DNA of 64,000 bases. Origin: an uncultured Chloroflexia bacterium. Lineage in GTDB: Bacteria; Chloroflexota; Limnocylindria; Limnocylindrales; CSP1-4. The stretch's first letter is position 1, and each line of letters opens with the position of its first letter. The stretch is taken from contig CAWJUA010000013.1 in NCBI GenBank assembly GCA_963845925.1, positions 33,507 to 97,506 of the forward strand. The letters run 5' to 3'. The translations under genes were made by a program, and so were the position numbers. This document shows positions 21,733 through 35,248 of the stretch, in pieces. The notes under the pieces are model-generated. The model was not told where the DNA came from. It searched no databases and worked only from the letters and a program-made list of their open reading frames with translations.

Positions 21733-21835
21733 CGGACCCCTTCGGCTGCGGTAAGCCGGCATCCTCCCTCCGGCGCGACGAGGATACCGGACGCGATAGC
21801 GGCCGGCGTCTCGGTTCGCGGTCCGGATCCGGCGC

Positions 21836-22693
21836 TCAGTCCTCGCGCGCGGCCGGGTACGACCCGAGGACGCGGACCATCTGGGTCTCGGCCCGGAGGT
21901 CGTCGATCGCGGCCGCGCACGTCGGGTCGGCGGCGTCGGCGTCGATGTCGACCCAGAAGTCGTACTCCCAGCGGGCGGTCCGGGCCGGCCGCGACTCGAG
22001 CCGCGAGAGGTTGACGCCGCGGGTCGCGAACGCGCCGAGGCAGCGGTGCAGCGAGCCCGGCACGTTGCGGACGGCGAAGACGAGCGTCGTCTTCCGCGCC
22101 CCGGGGTCGGCGGCTCGGGCGGCGGCGCTCGCACGCTCGAGGGCAAGGACGGCGAAGCGCGTCCGGTTGCCGTCGCCGCTCTGGACGTTGTCGGCGAGGA
22201 CCTCGAGGCCGTAGAGCCCGGCGACGCGCGGTGACGCGATCGCGGCCGCCGCCCGCTCACGGCCGTCGGCGATCATCCGCGCCGCGCCGGCCGTGTTGTA
22301 GGTCGTCATGACCTGCCAGTCCCGGCTGCGGAGGAACGCGTCGGCCTGGGCCAGGGCCTGGGCGTGGCTGTAGACGCGCTCGATCGAGTCAAGCGACTGG
22401 CCGGGCAGCGCGACGAGCGCGAGACGGACCGGGACGCTCACCTCGCCGACGATCCGGACGCCCCGGTCGTAGAACTCGGACAGCAGGTCGTACGTCTCCC
22501 GGATCGAGCCGGCGAGCGAGCTCTCGATCGCGACGACGCCGGCGTCGTCGCCCTCGGAGGCGACCGCCTCGAAGACCGCCCGCCAGGTCGGCACCGGGTG
22601 GGCGGCGACGGCCTCGCCGAAGAACCCGAGCGCCGCCTCCTCGCTGAACGCGCCCGGCTCGCCCTGGAAGGCGACCCTGGGTGCGTCAGTCAT
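21836..22693 (-). CDS. pheA: Prephenate dehydratase
   Basis: FQGEPGAFSE, SHAQALAQ, NRTRF, ACT domain with LESRP, and LGSY. Confidence 0.93.
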   Translation of the reverse strand: MTDAPRVAFQGEPGAFSEEAALGFFGEAVAAHPVPTWRAVFEAVASEGDDAGVVAIESSLAGSIRETYDLLSEFYDRGVRIVGEVSVPVRLALVALPGQSLDSIERVYSHAQALAQADAFLRSRDWQVMTTYNTAGAARMIADGRERAAAAIASPRVAGLYGLEVLADNVQSGDGNRTRFAVLALERASAAARAADPGARKTTLVFAVRNVPGSLHRCLGAFATRGVNLSRLESRPARTARWEYDFWVDIDADAADPTCAAAIDDLRAETQMVRVLGSYPAARED

Positions 22694-24854
22694 CGCCGCC
22701 CCGGTTCAGGAACACCCGGAACAGCACGACGAAGCTGACGAACAGCGTGATGCCGAAGGCGATCATCGCCGCGTAGGCCACGCCCTGGAACTCCGCCAGG
22801 CTGGGCTGGAGCATGATCGCCATCACGATCGCGGTCCCGATCAGCTGGCCGACGACGATCAGCCCGACCGTCGCCTGGCGGCCGACGTCGCCGACCTTGG
22901 CGACCGCACGGTTGAGCTCCGATGTGTCGACCTCGACGACGATCTTGCCCCGATTGAGGACGTCCAGCCACTTGATGATCGAATCGTCGATCGAGGGAGC
23001 CCGACGGGCGAGCTCCTTGCCGATCTTCACGGCACGCGACTGGACCTCCTTCAAGACGAGGTCGGGATCGAGGGCCGCGGCGATGGCCGCTTGCGCCTCT
23101 TCGACGGCGGCCTGTCCCATGTCGAGGTCGTAGGCGAGCCGGCGGGCCGTGTCCTCCGCCTGCACGATCGCCTTGACCGCGAGCGTCAGCTGGCTGTCGA
23201 GGATCAGGCCGTACTCGAACACCGCGCCAATGAAGCCCGACAGGGCCGTCCCGATCGAATCCGCCTGGCCGTAGACCAGGTACTGCCGGGCGAGGCGGTC
23301 GACTGCCTCGCGGAAGCCGGCCTCATCGAAGGTCGAGGTCGGCTCGCCGAGGGCGATCAGGCTGTCGGCGATGCCCGAGATGTCGACTTCCTTGAGCGCG
23401 TAGACCAGCCCGAGGAGGTCGACCCGCTGCTCCGTCTGGAGCCGCCCCATCAACCCCAGGTCGAGGAAGACGATCCGGTTCGCCACCGGATCGGCGAGGA
23501 CGTTGCCCGGATGCGGGTCGGCGTGGAAGAAGCCGTCGATCAGGACCTGCTTGATGATCGCCCGCATGAAGGTCGCGCCGAGCTGGCTCGGGTCGAGGCC
23601 GGCGTCGCGGAGGATGTCGGGATCCTCGATCTTGATCCCCTTGACGAACTCCATCGTCAGCACCCGGCTGGACGACAGCTCCTCGTACACGACCGGGATG
23701 TGGATCTGCTCGAACTTCGACATCGAGTCGGCGAGCCGCCTCGCGTGATACGCCTCGTTCCGGTAGTCGAGCTCCTGGAGGACGCCGGACGCGAACTCGC
23801 CGACGATCTTGCGGATGCCGACCCGGCGGGCGAGGGCGAAGCGCTGCTCGGCGGTCTTCGCCAGCTCCTGCATGACGCCGAGGTCCGCCTTCGTCTTGGC
23901 GACAATCCGCGGCCGCTGGATCTTGACCGCGACGAGTGTCCCGTCGGCGAGCGTGGCCCGGTGGACCTGGGCGGTCGAGGCGGCGGCGAACGGCTCCTGC
24001 TCGATCGACGCGTAGAGCTCCTCCGGCAGCCGGCCGAGCTCCGCCTTGATCACTTCGACGGCGTCGAGCCAGGGGAACGGCGCGGCGTCGGCCTGGAGCC
24101 GGGCGAACTCCGTCGTCCAGTCCATCGGCAGGAGATCCTGGCGGGCGGCCAGCATCTGGCCGATCTTCACGTAGGTCGGCCCCAGCTGCTGGAGGAGGGC
24201 GGCCACCCGTTTGGGCGCGCTCTCGTCCTCCGTCAGGCGGACCTCGCCGAGGATGTGCTGCTGGAACCAGCGACGGGTGCCGCCGACCGGCGTGCCCTCG
24301 AAGGCGATGTCGATGCTCGTCTGGTAGAGCGCCTCGTAGACCTGCTGGAGGCGGAGGTTCTCGATGAACGCGTTGCGGCGCGGCGTCGGCAGCGACTCGA
24401 GCAACGTCCAGACCGAGCGAGGACCCGGCACGCCGACGTCGGGCCGGCTAAGCCCCAGGACGATGTCGGCGACGAGATCGGCGAGCGTGAAGAGCGCCGC
24501 GACCAGCAGGATCCAGAGGGGCTGCGGGTCGGCGACCACCGCGATCTCCACCGGCGACAGCCGCGACGCGAGCCACAGCATGAAGGCCGTGATGACGACG
24601 ACGAACAGCCCCAGCGTCGAGAACAGCCACCGGCCGAACAGCGCGACGAGGGCCGGTCGAACGACGCGGTTGATGAGAGCGAAGACCACGCCCCAGACGA
24701 AGTAGGCCAGGGCGCCATTCCCGGTCGGCTGGACGATCGGAGCCGAGCCGGTTCCGAACGGGAACGGCTGGGCGATGTGGATCAGGCTGAGAACGAAGAC
24801 GATCGCGGCGGCGATCAGCCCGTCGATGACCGCCTGGACGAGGAAACGGCGCAC
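22686..24854 (-). CDS. AarF/UbiB (ABC1) atypical kinase with an N-terminal 4-TM domain
   Basis: LGPTYVKIGQ, AASTAQVH, VAVKIQRP, FHADPHPGN and LDLG; N-terminal membrane region; two C-terminal TM segments. Confidence 0.88.
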   Translation of the reverse strand: MRRFLVQAVIDGLIAAAIVFVLSLIHIAQPFPFGTGSAPIVQPTGNGALAYFVWGVVFALINRVVRPALVALFGRWLFSTLGLFVVVITAFMLWLASRLSPVEIAVVADPQPLWILLVAALFTLADLVADIVLGLSRPDVGVPGPRSVWTLLESLPTPRRNAFIENLRLQQVYEALYQTSIDIAFEGTPVGGTRRWFQQHILGEVRLTEDESAPKRVAALLQQLGPTYVKIGQMLAARQDLLPMDWTTEFARLQADAAPFPWLDAVEVIKAELGRLPEELYASIEQEPFAAASTAQVHRATLADGTLVAVKIQRPRIVAKTKADLGVMQELAKTAEQRFALARRVGIRKIVGEFASGVLQELDYRNEAYHARRLADSMSKFEQIHIPVVYEELSSSRVLTMEFVKGIKIEDPDILRDAGLDPSQLGATFMRAIIKQVLIDGFFHADPHPGNVLADPVANRIVFLDLGLMGRLQTEQRVDLLGLVYALKEVDISGIADSLIALGEPTSTFDEAGFREAVDRLARQYLVYGQADSIGTALSGFIGAVFEYGLILDSQLTLAVKAIVQAEDTARRLAYDLDMGQAAVEEAQAAIAAALDPDLVLKEVQSRAVKIGKELARRAPSIDDSIIKWLDVLNRGKIVVEVDTSELNRAVAKVGDVGRQATVGLIVVGQLIGTAIVMAIMLQPSLAEFQGVAYAAMIAFGITLFVSFVVLFRVFLNRGGDD

Positions 24855-24974
24855 GGCTCTCCCTCTCGACTCCGGAACGGACGTCGCCTGTGCAGCGTAG
24901 TCCCCCGGCAGGGTCGACGAGTCAGCCAGTGCGCACGATCATCACCCCCGCGTGCGCCCCCCAGCGCGCGATGG

Positions 24975-25529
24975 CTACTGGTTGAACCACTCCGTCGTGT
25001 CGATCTTGCCGGCGTCCTCGTCGAGCTCCGCCCGGCGGGCCTTCGCATCCGACGCGCTGACCTTCGCCCGGCGCCGGTTGCCGGCCTCCTCCGCCGCGCC
25101 CGCCCAGTGCTCCTCGGCCAGGAGGACGTTGATCGCCTCGATGTACGCCTCGATCGAGGCCGCGATGATGTTCGTCGACGTCGCCTCGCCCGGGTAGCGG
25201 CCGTCGCCGCGCGGCCCGGACGCGCCCTCCGGCGGCGCCACCGCGACCGTCACGCGGCCCTCCGCGCCTGGCCCCTCGCCGAGCGCGTGGATGTCGTACG
25301 CGAGGAGCCGGGGGTGGCCGGTCAGGACGTCGTGCAGGGCCGTGTCGACGGCCCGGAACAGCGCGTCGATCGGGCCGTTGCCGTCTGCCGACGCCTCCCA
25401 CTGGTGGTCGCCCGACGCGATCACGACCGCGCCGCGGCTGTTCGCGTTCGAGCTCGAGGTGACCGTCCACCGGGCGAGGTGGAGGGTCGGGGTCTGGGCG
25501 GCGGTGTCGGCGGCGGTCGGGGTCGTCAT
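24975..25529 (-). CDS. Stand-alone LeuA/CimA allosteric (regulatory) domain protein
   Basis: GNGPIDALFRA and STNIIAASIEAY, with no catalytic barrel. Confidence 0.8.
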   Translation of the reverse strand: MTTPTAADTAAQTPTLHLARWTVTSSSNANSRGAVVIASGDHQWEASADGNGPIDALFRAVDTALHDVLTGHPRLLAYDIHALGEGPGAEGRVTVAVAPPEGASGPRGDGRYPGEATSTNIIAASIEAYIEAINVLLAEEHWAGAAEEAGNRRRAKVSASDAKARRAELDEDAGKIDTTEWFNQ

Positions 25530-25557
25530 CGGGAGCCTCCGGGTCGGGTTCGCGGGG

Positions 25558-31102
<5,545 letters not shown>

Positions 31103-31208
31103 GGCTTCTCCCCTGCTTCGACCGTGGAACCGGCACCCTCAGTCATCGAGCCGGCGTTCGCTCTCCGAGGTCGGAGGCTGAGCTCCGCGAAGCCATCCGC
31201 CCGAGGAT

Positions 31209-31871
31209 TCATCGCTTGACCGCCTCCTCGATGGATGACGAGCCGCGCGACATGACGACGGCTCCGGTTCGCACCAGCTCCTTGATCCCGTAGCCCCGGA
31301 CGAGCCCGACGAATGTGTCGACGTCGGCCTCCGGCCCGGTCACCTCGGCGACGATCGACTCGTCGGCGACGTCGAGGACCCGCCCCTTCGAGAGCTCGAC
31401 GAGCTTGAGGACCTCGCCTCGCGTCGACTCGGTCGCCCGGATCTTCACGAGCGCCAGCTCCTGGCCGATCGTCGCCTCGGACGTGACGTCCTGGACCTTG
31501 AGGACGTCGATCAGCCGGTAGAGCTGCTTCGCCGCCTGCTCGACCGCGACGTCGTCGCCATGGAGCGTGATCGTCATCCGGCTGACGTCGGGCTGGTCGG
31601 TCCGGCTGACCGCGAGCGAGTCGATGTTGAAGTTGCGGGCTCGCATCAGCGACGACACCCGGTTCAGGACGCCCGGCTTGTCGAGGACGATCGCGATCAG
31701 CGTGTGACGACGCGTCTCGCCGCCACCCGGCAGCGCTCGCGGCGGCGGGTTGACGTGGCCCGTGTGGGCGGGCGGTGTGATGCCGGGGACGGCACCGGAT
31801 GCGGCGCTGGGAGAGGCGCCGGCTCCGGTGCCGCCCGGCACCCTGCCATTCGAACTCGGGTCGGACGTCAC
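31209..31871 (-). CDS. ilvN: Acetolactate synthase small subunit
   Basis: DKPGVLNRV, NIDSL, QLYRLIDV, ELALVK and ELVRTG; GTG 31871 is coupled to the ilvB stop. Confidence 0.93.
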   Translation of the reverse strand: MTSDPSSNGRVPGGTGAGASPSAASGAVPGITPPAHTGHVNPPPRALPGGGETRRHTLIAIVLDKPGVLNRVSSLMRARNFNIDSLAVSRTDQPDVSRMTITLHGDDVAVEQAAKQLYRLIDVLKVQDVTSEATIGQELALVKIRATESTRGEVLKLVELSKGRVLDVADESIVAEVTGPEADVDTFVGLVRGYGIKELVRTGAVVMSRGSSSIEEAVKR

Positions 31872-33745
31872 TCGTCCGCCCCGTCCCACTTCTCGATCAG
31901 GTCGGACAGGCCCTTGCCGGCCGGCATCATCGGGAAGATGTTCTGTTCCTCGGCGATCTCGAACCAGATGAGCGCCGGGCCGTCGACCGCCTGGGCGGCC
32001 CGGATCGCATCGTCGACCTCATCGGGCGCCGTGGCCCGGAACGCCGGGATGCCGTACGCGTCGGCCAGCTTGGCGAAGTCCGGGCCGGGCAGATGGGCGG
32101 AGTGATAGTTCCCGCCGTAGATGATCTCCTGCCACTGCCGGATCATCCCGAGCTTCTTGTTGTCGAGCAGGGCGATCTTCACCGGGATCCGGTCGGCCAC
32201 CAGGGTCATCAGCTCCTGCGACGTCATCTGGAAGCCGCCGTCGCCGGTGATCGCCCACGTCTCGCGGTCGGGCCGGCCGAGGGCCGCGCCCATCGCCGCC
32301 GGGACGCTGAAGCCCATCGTGCCGAGGCCGCCGGAGCTGACGTGCGAGTTCGGCTGGCGGAAGCCGGCGTAGCGGGCGAGCCACATCTGGTTCTGGCCGA
32401 CGTCGGCGACGTACGTGGCCGCGTGGTCCGTCAGCTCGCCGATCCGGCTGACGACGTAGTCGGCCGAGAGGAGGCCGTCCCGCCACGCCCCCGAGCCGTG
32501 CCACGACGAGCCCTCGGACTCGCGCCGCCACTCGGCGAGCTCCGCGAAGTAGTCGGCCCGGGTCGCCGGCTCGACGGCCGCGACCATCGGCGTCAGCGCC
32601 CGCAGGACGCGGCCAGCGTCGCCGACGATCGGGACCTCGACCGCGACGTTCTTGCCGATCTCCGCGGGGTCGATGTCGACGTGGACGATCCGGGCGTACG
32701 GGGCGTACGTCCGGACGTTGCCGGTGACCCGGTCGTCGAAGCGCATCCCGATCGCGAACAGCAGGTCGGCCGACTGGATCGCCCGGTTGACGTGCTTCCA
32801 GCCGTGCATCCCCATGAAGCCGTAGCTCAGCGGGTGGGTCTCGTCGATGACGCCGACACCGAGCAGCGTGTGGGCGACCGGGATCTGGGTCTTCTCGGCG
32901 AACGCGACGAGGTCGTCCCAGGCCTCGGCGTGGAGGACGCCGTGGCCGGCGAGAATCACGGGCCGCTTCGCGTTCGCGATCTCGGCGGCGGCGAGCTTGA
33001 GCTGGCGGCCGTTCGGCTCGACGTTCGGGCGGAAGCCCGGCAGGCCCGCGATGACCTCATCCTCGGTCGGGTGGCCGGCGGTCGTCTCCTGCTGGAGGGC
33101 ATCCTTCGTGATGTCGATGTGGACCGGGCCGGGCCGGCCGGATCGGGCGATGTGGAACGCCTCGGCGATGACCCGCGGCAGCTCGTCGGCGTCGCGGACG
33201 AGGTAGTTGTGCTTCGTCATCGGCAGCGTGATGCCGTTGATGTCGATCTCCTGGAACGCGTCCTTGCCGATGAGCGCGCCCGGGACGTTGCCGGTGATCG
33301 CGACGATCGGGACCGAGTCGAGGAGGGCGGTGCCGATGCCGGTGACGAGGTTCGTGGCGCCCGGGCCGGACGTCCCCATACAGACGCCGACGCGGCCGGT
33401 GACGCGGGCGTAGCCGTCGGCGGCGTGGGCGCCGCCCTGCTCGTGGCGGACGAGGATGTGGCGCAGCTCGGGGTAGTCGCCGAGGACGTCGTAAAGCGGC
33501 AGGATCACGCCGCCGGGGTAGCTGAAGAAGACGTCGACGCCCTGGTGGAGGAGCGCCTCGCAGACGACGTCGGCGCCGATGCGCGTCCGCCGCCGCGGCC
33601 GCGAGTCGTCGAGCATCGACTTGCGGGCCTGTTCGACGGCCGCCGCGCTCGAGGTGCCGTCGCTGGGGACATGGCTCCGGCGCGCGTCAGGGCTCGGCGC
33701 CGTCGGACTCGGCGGCTTCGCCGATGGACCCTTCGTCATCGTCAT
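31868..33745 (-). CDS. ilvB: Acetolactate synthase large subunit
   Basis: YPGG, RHEQG, TSGPGATN, RFDDRV, TPP motif GDGGF..N and MIRQWQ. Confidence 0.96.
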   Translation of the reverse strand: MTMTKGPSAKPPSPTAPSPDARRSHVPSDGTSSAAAVEQARKSMLDDSRPRRRTRIGADVVCEALLHQGVDVFFSYPGGVILPLYDVLGDYPELRHILVRHEQGGAHAADGYARVTGRVGVCMGTSGPGATNLVTGIGTALLDSVPIVAITGNVPGALIGKDAFQEIDINGITLPMTKHNYLVRDADELPRVIAEAFHIARSGRPGPVHIDITKDALQQETTAGHPTEDEVIAGLPGFRPNVEPNGRQLKLAAAEIANAKRPVILAGHGVLHAEAWDDLVAFAEKTQIPVAHTLLGVGVIDETHPLSYGFMGMHGWKHVNRAIQSADLLFAIGMRFDDRVTGNVRTYAPYARIVHVDIDPAEIGKNVAVEVPIVGDAGRVLRALTPMVAAVEPATRADYFAELAEWRRESEGSSWHGSGAWRDGLLSADYVVSRIGELTDHAATYVADVGQNQMWLARYAGFRQPNSHVSSGGLGTMGFSVPAAMGAALGRPDRETWAITGDGGFQMTSQELMTLVADRIPVKIALLDNKKLGMIRQWQEIIYGGNYHSAHLPGPDFAKLADAYGIPAFRATAPDEVDDAIRAAQAVDGPALIWFEIAEEQNIFPMMPAGKGLSDLIEKWDGADE

Positions 33746-33770
33746 CGCAGTCTCCCGATCCCGCTTCAAG

Positions 33771-33802
33771 CAAACAAAAAACCCTCGCCACCCGGCGAGG
33801 GT
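33771..33802 (-). terminator. Attenuator terminator of the ilv-leu operon
   Basis: Minus strand ACCCTCGCC-GGGT-GGCGAGGGT followed by TTTTTGTTTG, just upstream of ilvB. Confidence 0.88.
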
Positions 33803-33828
33803 CCCTTCGGTCTTCGGTGGTGCGGCGC

Positions 33829-34032
33829 CTAGCGTCCGTTCCTCCGAGGTCCTCCGTTCTCCCGCCGGGAGCCGGTAATAAGCCCGAGAAGGCTGTCCAG
33901 CCCAAGAAGGAGCGAGCGAAGAATCCCGATGAGCGACGCGTCGTCGAGGCCGGAGTCCATTGGCACGGTCAGGCGGCGGCCGTCGGCCGTCACGACGACG
34001 GCAACATGGCGGCGATCACGGCCGTTGAACAT
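33829..34032 (-). CDS. ilv-leu attenuator leader peptide (start at 34032 or 33960)
   Basis: MFNGRDRRHVAVVVT...MDSGLDDASLIGILRSLLLGLDSLLGLITG...; Leu/Ile run using CTT and ATT codons; stop lies just before the terminator. Confidence 0.75.
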   Translation of the reverse strand: MFNGRDRRHVAVVVTADGRRLTVPMDSGLDDASLIGILRSLLLGLDSLLGLITGSRRENGGPRRNGR

Positions 34033-34190
34033 GCCCAACATTCTCTCCCACTGACGCCTATGGCCGGTCTCCCGGTCACGTGAGCGGCAGTCTACGAGGC
34101 CGCGCACGATCGCGCAACCTGCCGGACCCTACCGGACGCCACCGTGTGTCCACCACTGGTCACGTGCGCGGCCTGCTGCCTTCGCCGCGG

Positions 34191-34228
34191 AAACGCATGA
34201 GACCGCCGGTTGCCCGGCGGTCTCATGC
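34191..34228 (-). terminator. Terminator hairpin after the two small peptide genes
   Basis: Perfect 15-bp stem (34195-34209 / 34214-34228), GCAA loop on the minus strand, then GTTT. Confidence 0.8.
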
Positions 34229-34252
34229 CTGTCTGGATCCAGATGGACCCAA

Positions 34253-34354
34253 TTACTTCCAGCGCTGACCGGCCTCGATGACGTAAGCCGAGCTTGCGAG
34301 CGCCGAGAGGACGAGGAGGACCCGGAAGGCCTGAGCCTTGAACATGCGGGTCAT
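34253..34354 (-). CDS. Small peptide 2 (33 aa) MTRMFKAQAFRVLLVLSALASSAYVIEAGQRWK
   Basis: Translated by hand; starts 4 nt after the peptide 1 stop; shares LAS.A....AG.RW. with peptide 1. Confidence 0.75.
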   Translation of the reverse strand: MTRMFKAQAFRVLLVLSALASSAYVIEAGQRWK

Positions 34355-34358
34355 CGCG

Positions 34359-34448
34359 TCAGTCCCAGCGCATCCCAGCGCCGACGGTGAGGGCCATTGA
34401 TGCCAGGAGCATCACTGCCCACGTGAAGCGAGCCAGGTACTTCTTCAC
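34359..34448 (-). CDS. Small peptide 1 (29 aa) MKKYLARFTWAVMLLASMALTVGAGMRWD
   Basis: AAGGAG RBS before GTG 34448; basic N-terminus, hydrophobic core and AG-x-RW tail. Confidence 0.8.
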   Translation of the reverse strand: MKKYLARFTWAVMLLASMALTVGAGMRWD

Positions 34449-34483
34449 GATGTGACTCCTTCGAGTCTGCCTGACGTCGTTCC

Positions 34484-34564
34484 CTCGGCGGCCGGGCGGT
34501 CTTCCGTGACGGGAAGATCCCTGGCTTTGCGTCCCCGTCTCACGACGGGTTTGCCCTGGACGAG
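34484..34564 (-). ncRNA. c-di-GMP-I (GEMM) riboswitch aptamer
   Basis: Minus strand CTCGTCCAGGGCAAACCCGTCGTGAGACGGGGACGCAAAGCCAGGGATCTTCCCGTCACGGAAGACCGCCCGGCCGCCGAG: GGGCAAACC, GNRA loop (GTGA), GGACGCAAAGCC, terminal CCGA and CTCG/CGAG P1. Confidence 0.9.
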
Positions 34565-34668
34565 CTCGCGGCGGAGGAGGTAGTCCTCGTCGTGAACGTT
34601 GCGAGTACGGCTGCCGATCCACTATGGGCCATCGGTACCAGTCGGACACGACTTGCGAGTCAGTGCGT

Positions 34669-35226
34669 TCAGTCATCACCCGTCGGGCCGACCACGCCGG
34701 AGCGCGCGCCGCGACGCATCGTCGTGACGATCACGACCACGACGCCGATCGCCAGGATCGCGTCCCCGACGCTGAAGATGTTGTTGAACGGCAGCCACGT
34801 CGGCAGCGCGAAGATGTCGGTCAGCGGCTCCAGCATCGGATGGGCCAGCACGGCACTGTTTGAGTAGATCACGGGGTCTGCCCTGCCGAGTGCGGCCATC
34901 GCGCCGGGCGATGCCGGCATGAAGCCGCCGTTGGCGAGGATCGCGGCGAGGTTGCAGGCGGCCCCGAGCGCGACCAGCGGGATGCCGGGCACGTCGAGGT
35001 TTCGAAGCACGGCGATCACGACCATGAGCGTGCTCCCGACGTACAGGATCGGCCCGAGGCTACCCACCCGCTCCGCGATCGCGTCCTGGAAGAGGACGAC
35101 CTGCACGAGAAAGCCGGCGAACACGAGCGGCCACCAGCGGAACTTGATCTCGCCGAGGCGGGATGGCCTGCCGCCCAGCAGCAGGCCGATGACCAGGCCG
35201 ATCGCGACGGCGTAGAGGATGAACAT
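34669..35226 (-). CDS. DUF5317-like membrane protein
   Basis: Hydrophobic protein with GG..RL, N..AI.ANGG.MP, L.DIF and FSVGD motifs; GGAG RBS. Confidence 0.8.
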   Translation of the reverse strand: MFILYAVAIGLVIGLLLGGRPSRLGEIKFRWWPLVFAGFLVQVVLFQDAIAERVGSLGPILYVGSTLMVVIAVLRNLDVPGIPLVALGAACNLAAILANGGFMPASPGAMAALGRADPVIYSNSAVLAHPMLEPLTDIFALPTWLPFNNIFSVGDAILAIGVVVVIVTTMRRGARSGVVGPTGDD

Positions 35227-35248
35227 CAACTGCTCCGGGACGAGGCGC

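Noticed and set aside
31105-31208. Structured ilvN-ilvC spacer as a regulatory RNA
   Set aside because: Only weak GC-rich pairing, with no recognisable family features.
34253-34448. Peptides as AgrD, lipoproteins or type I toxins
   Set aside because: No ring-forming Cys with an acidic tail and no lipobox. A toxin role is not excluded, but the shared C-terminal motif and gene context argue against it.
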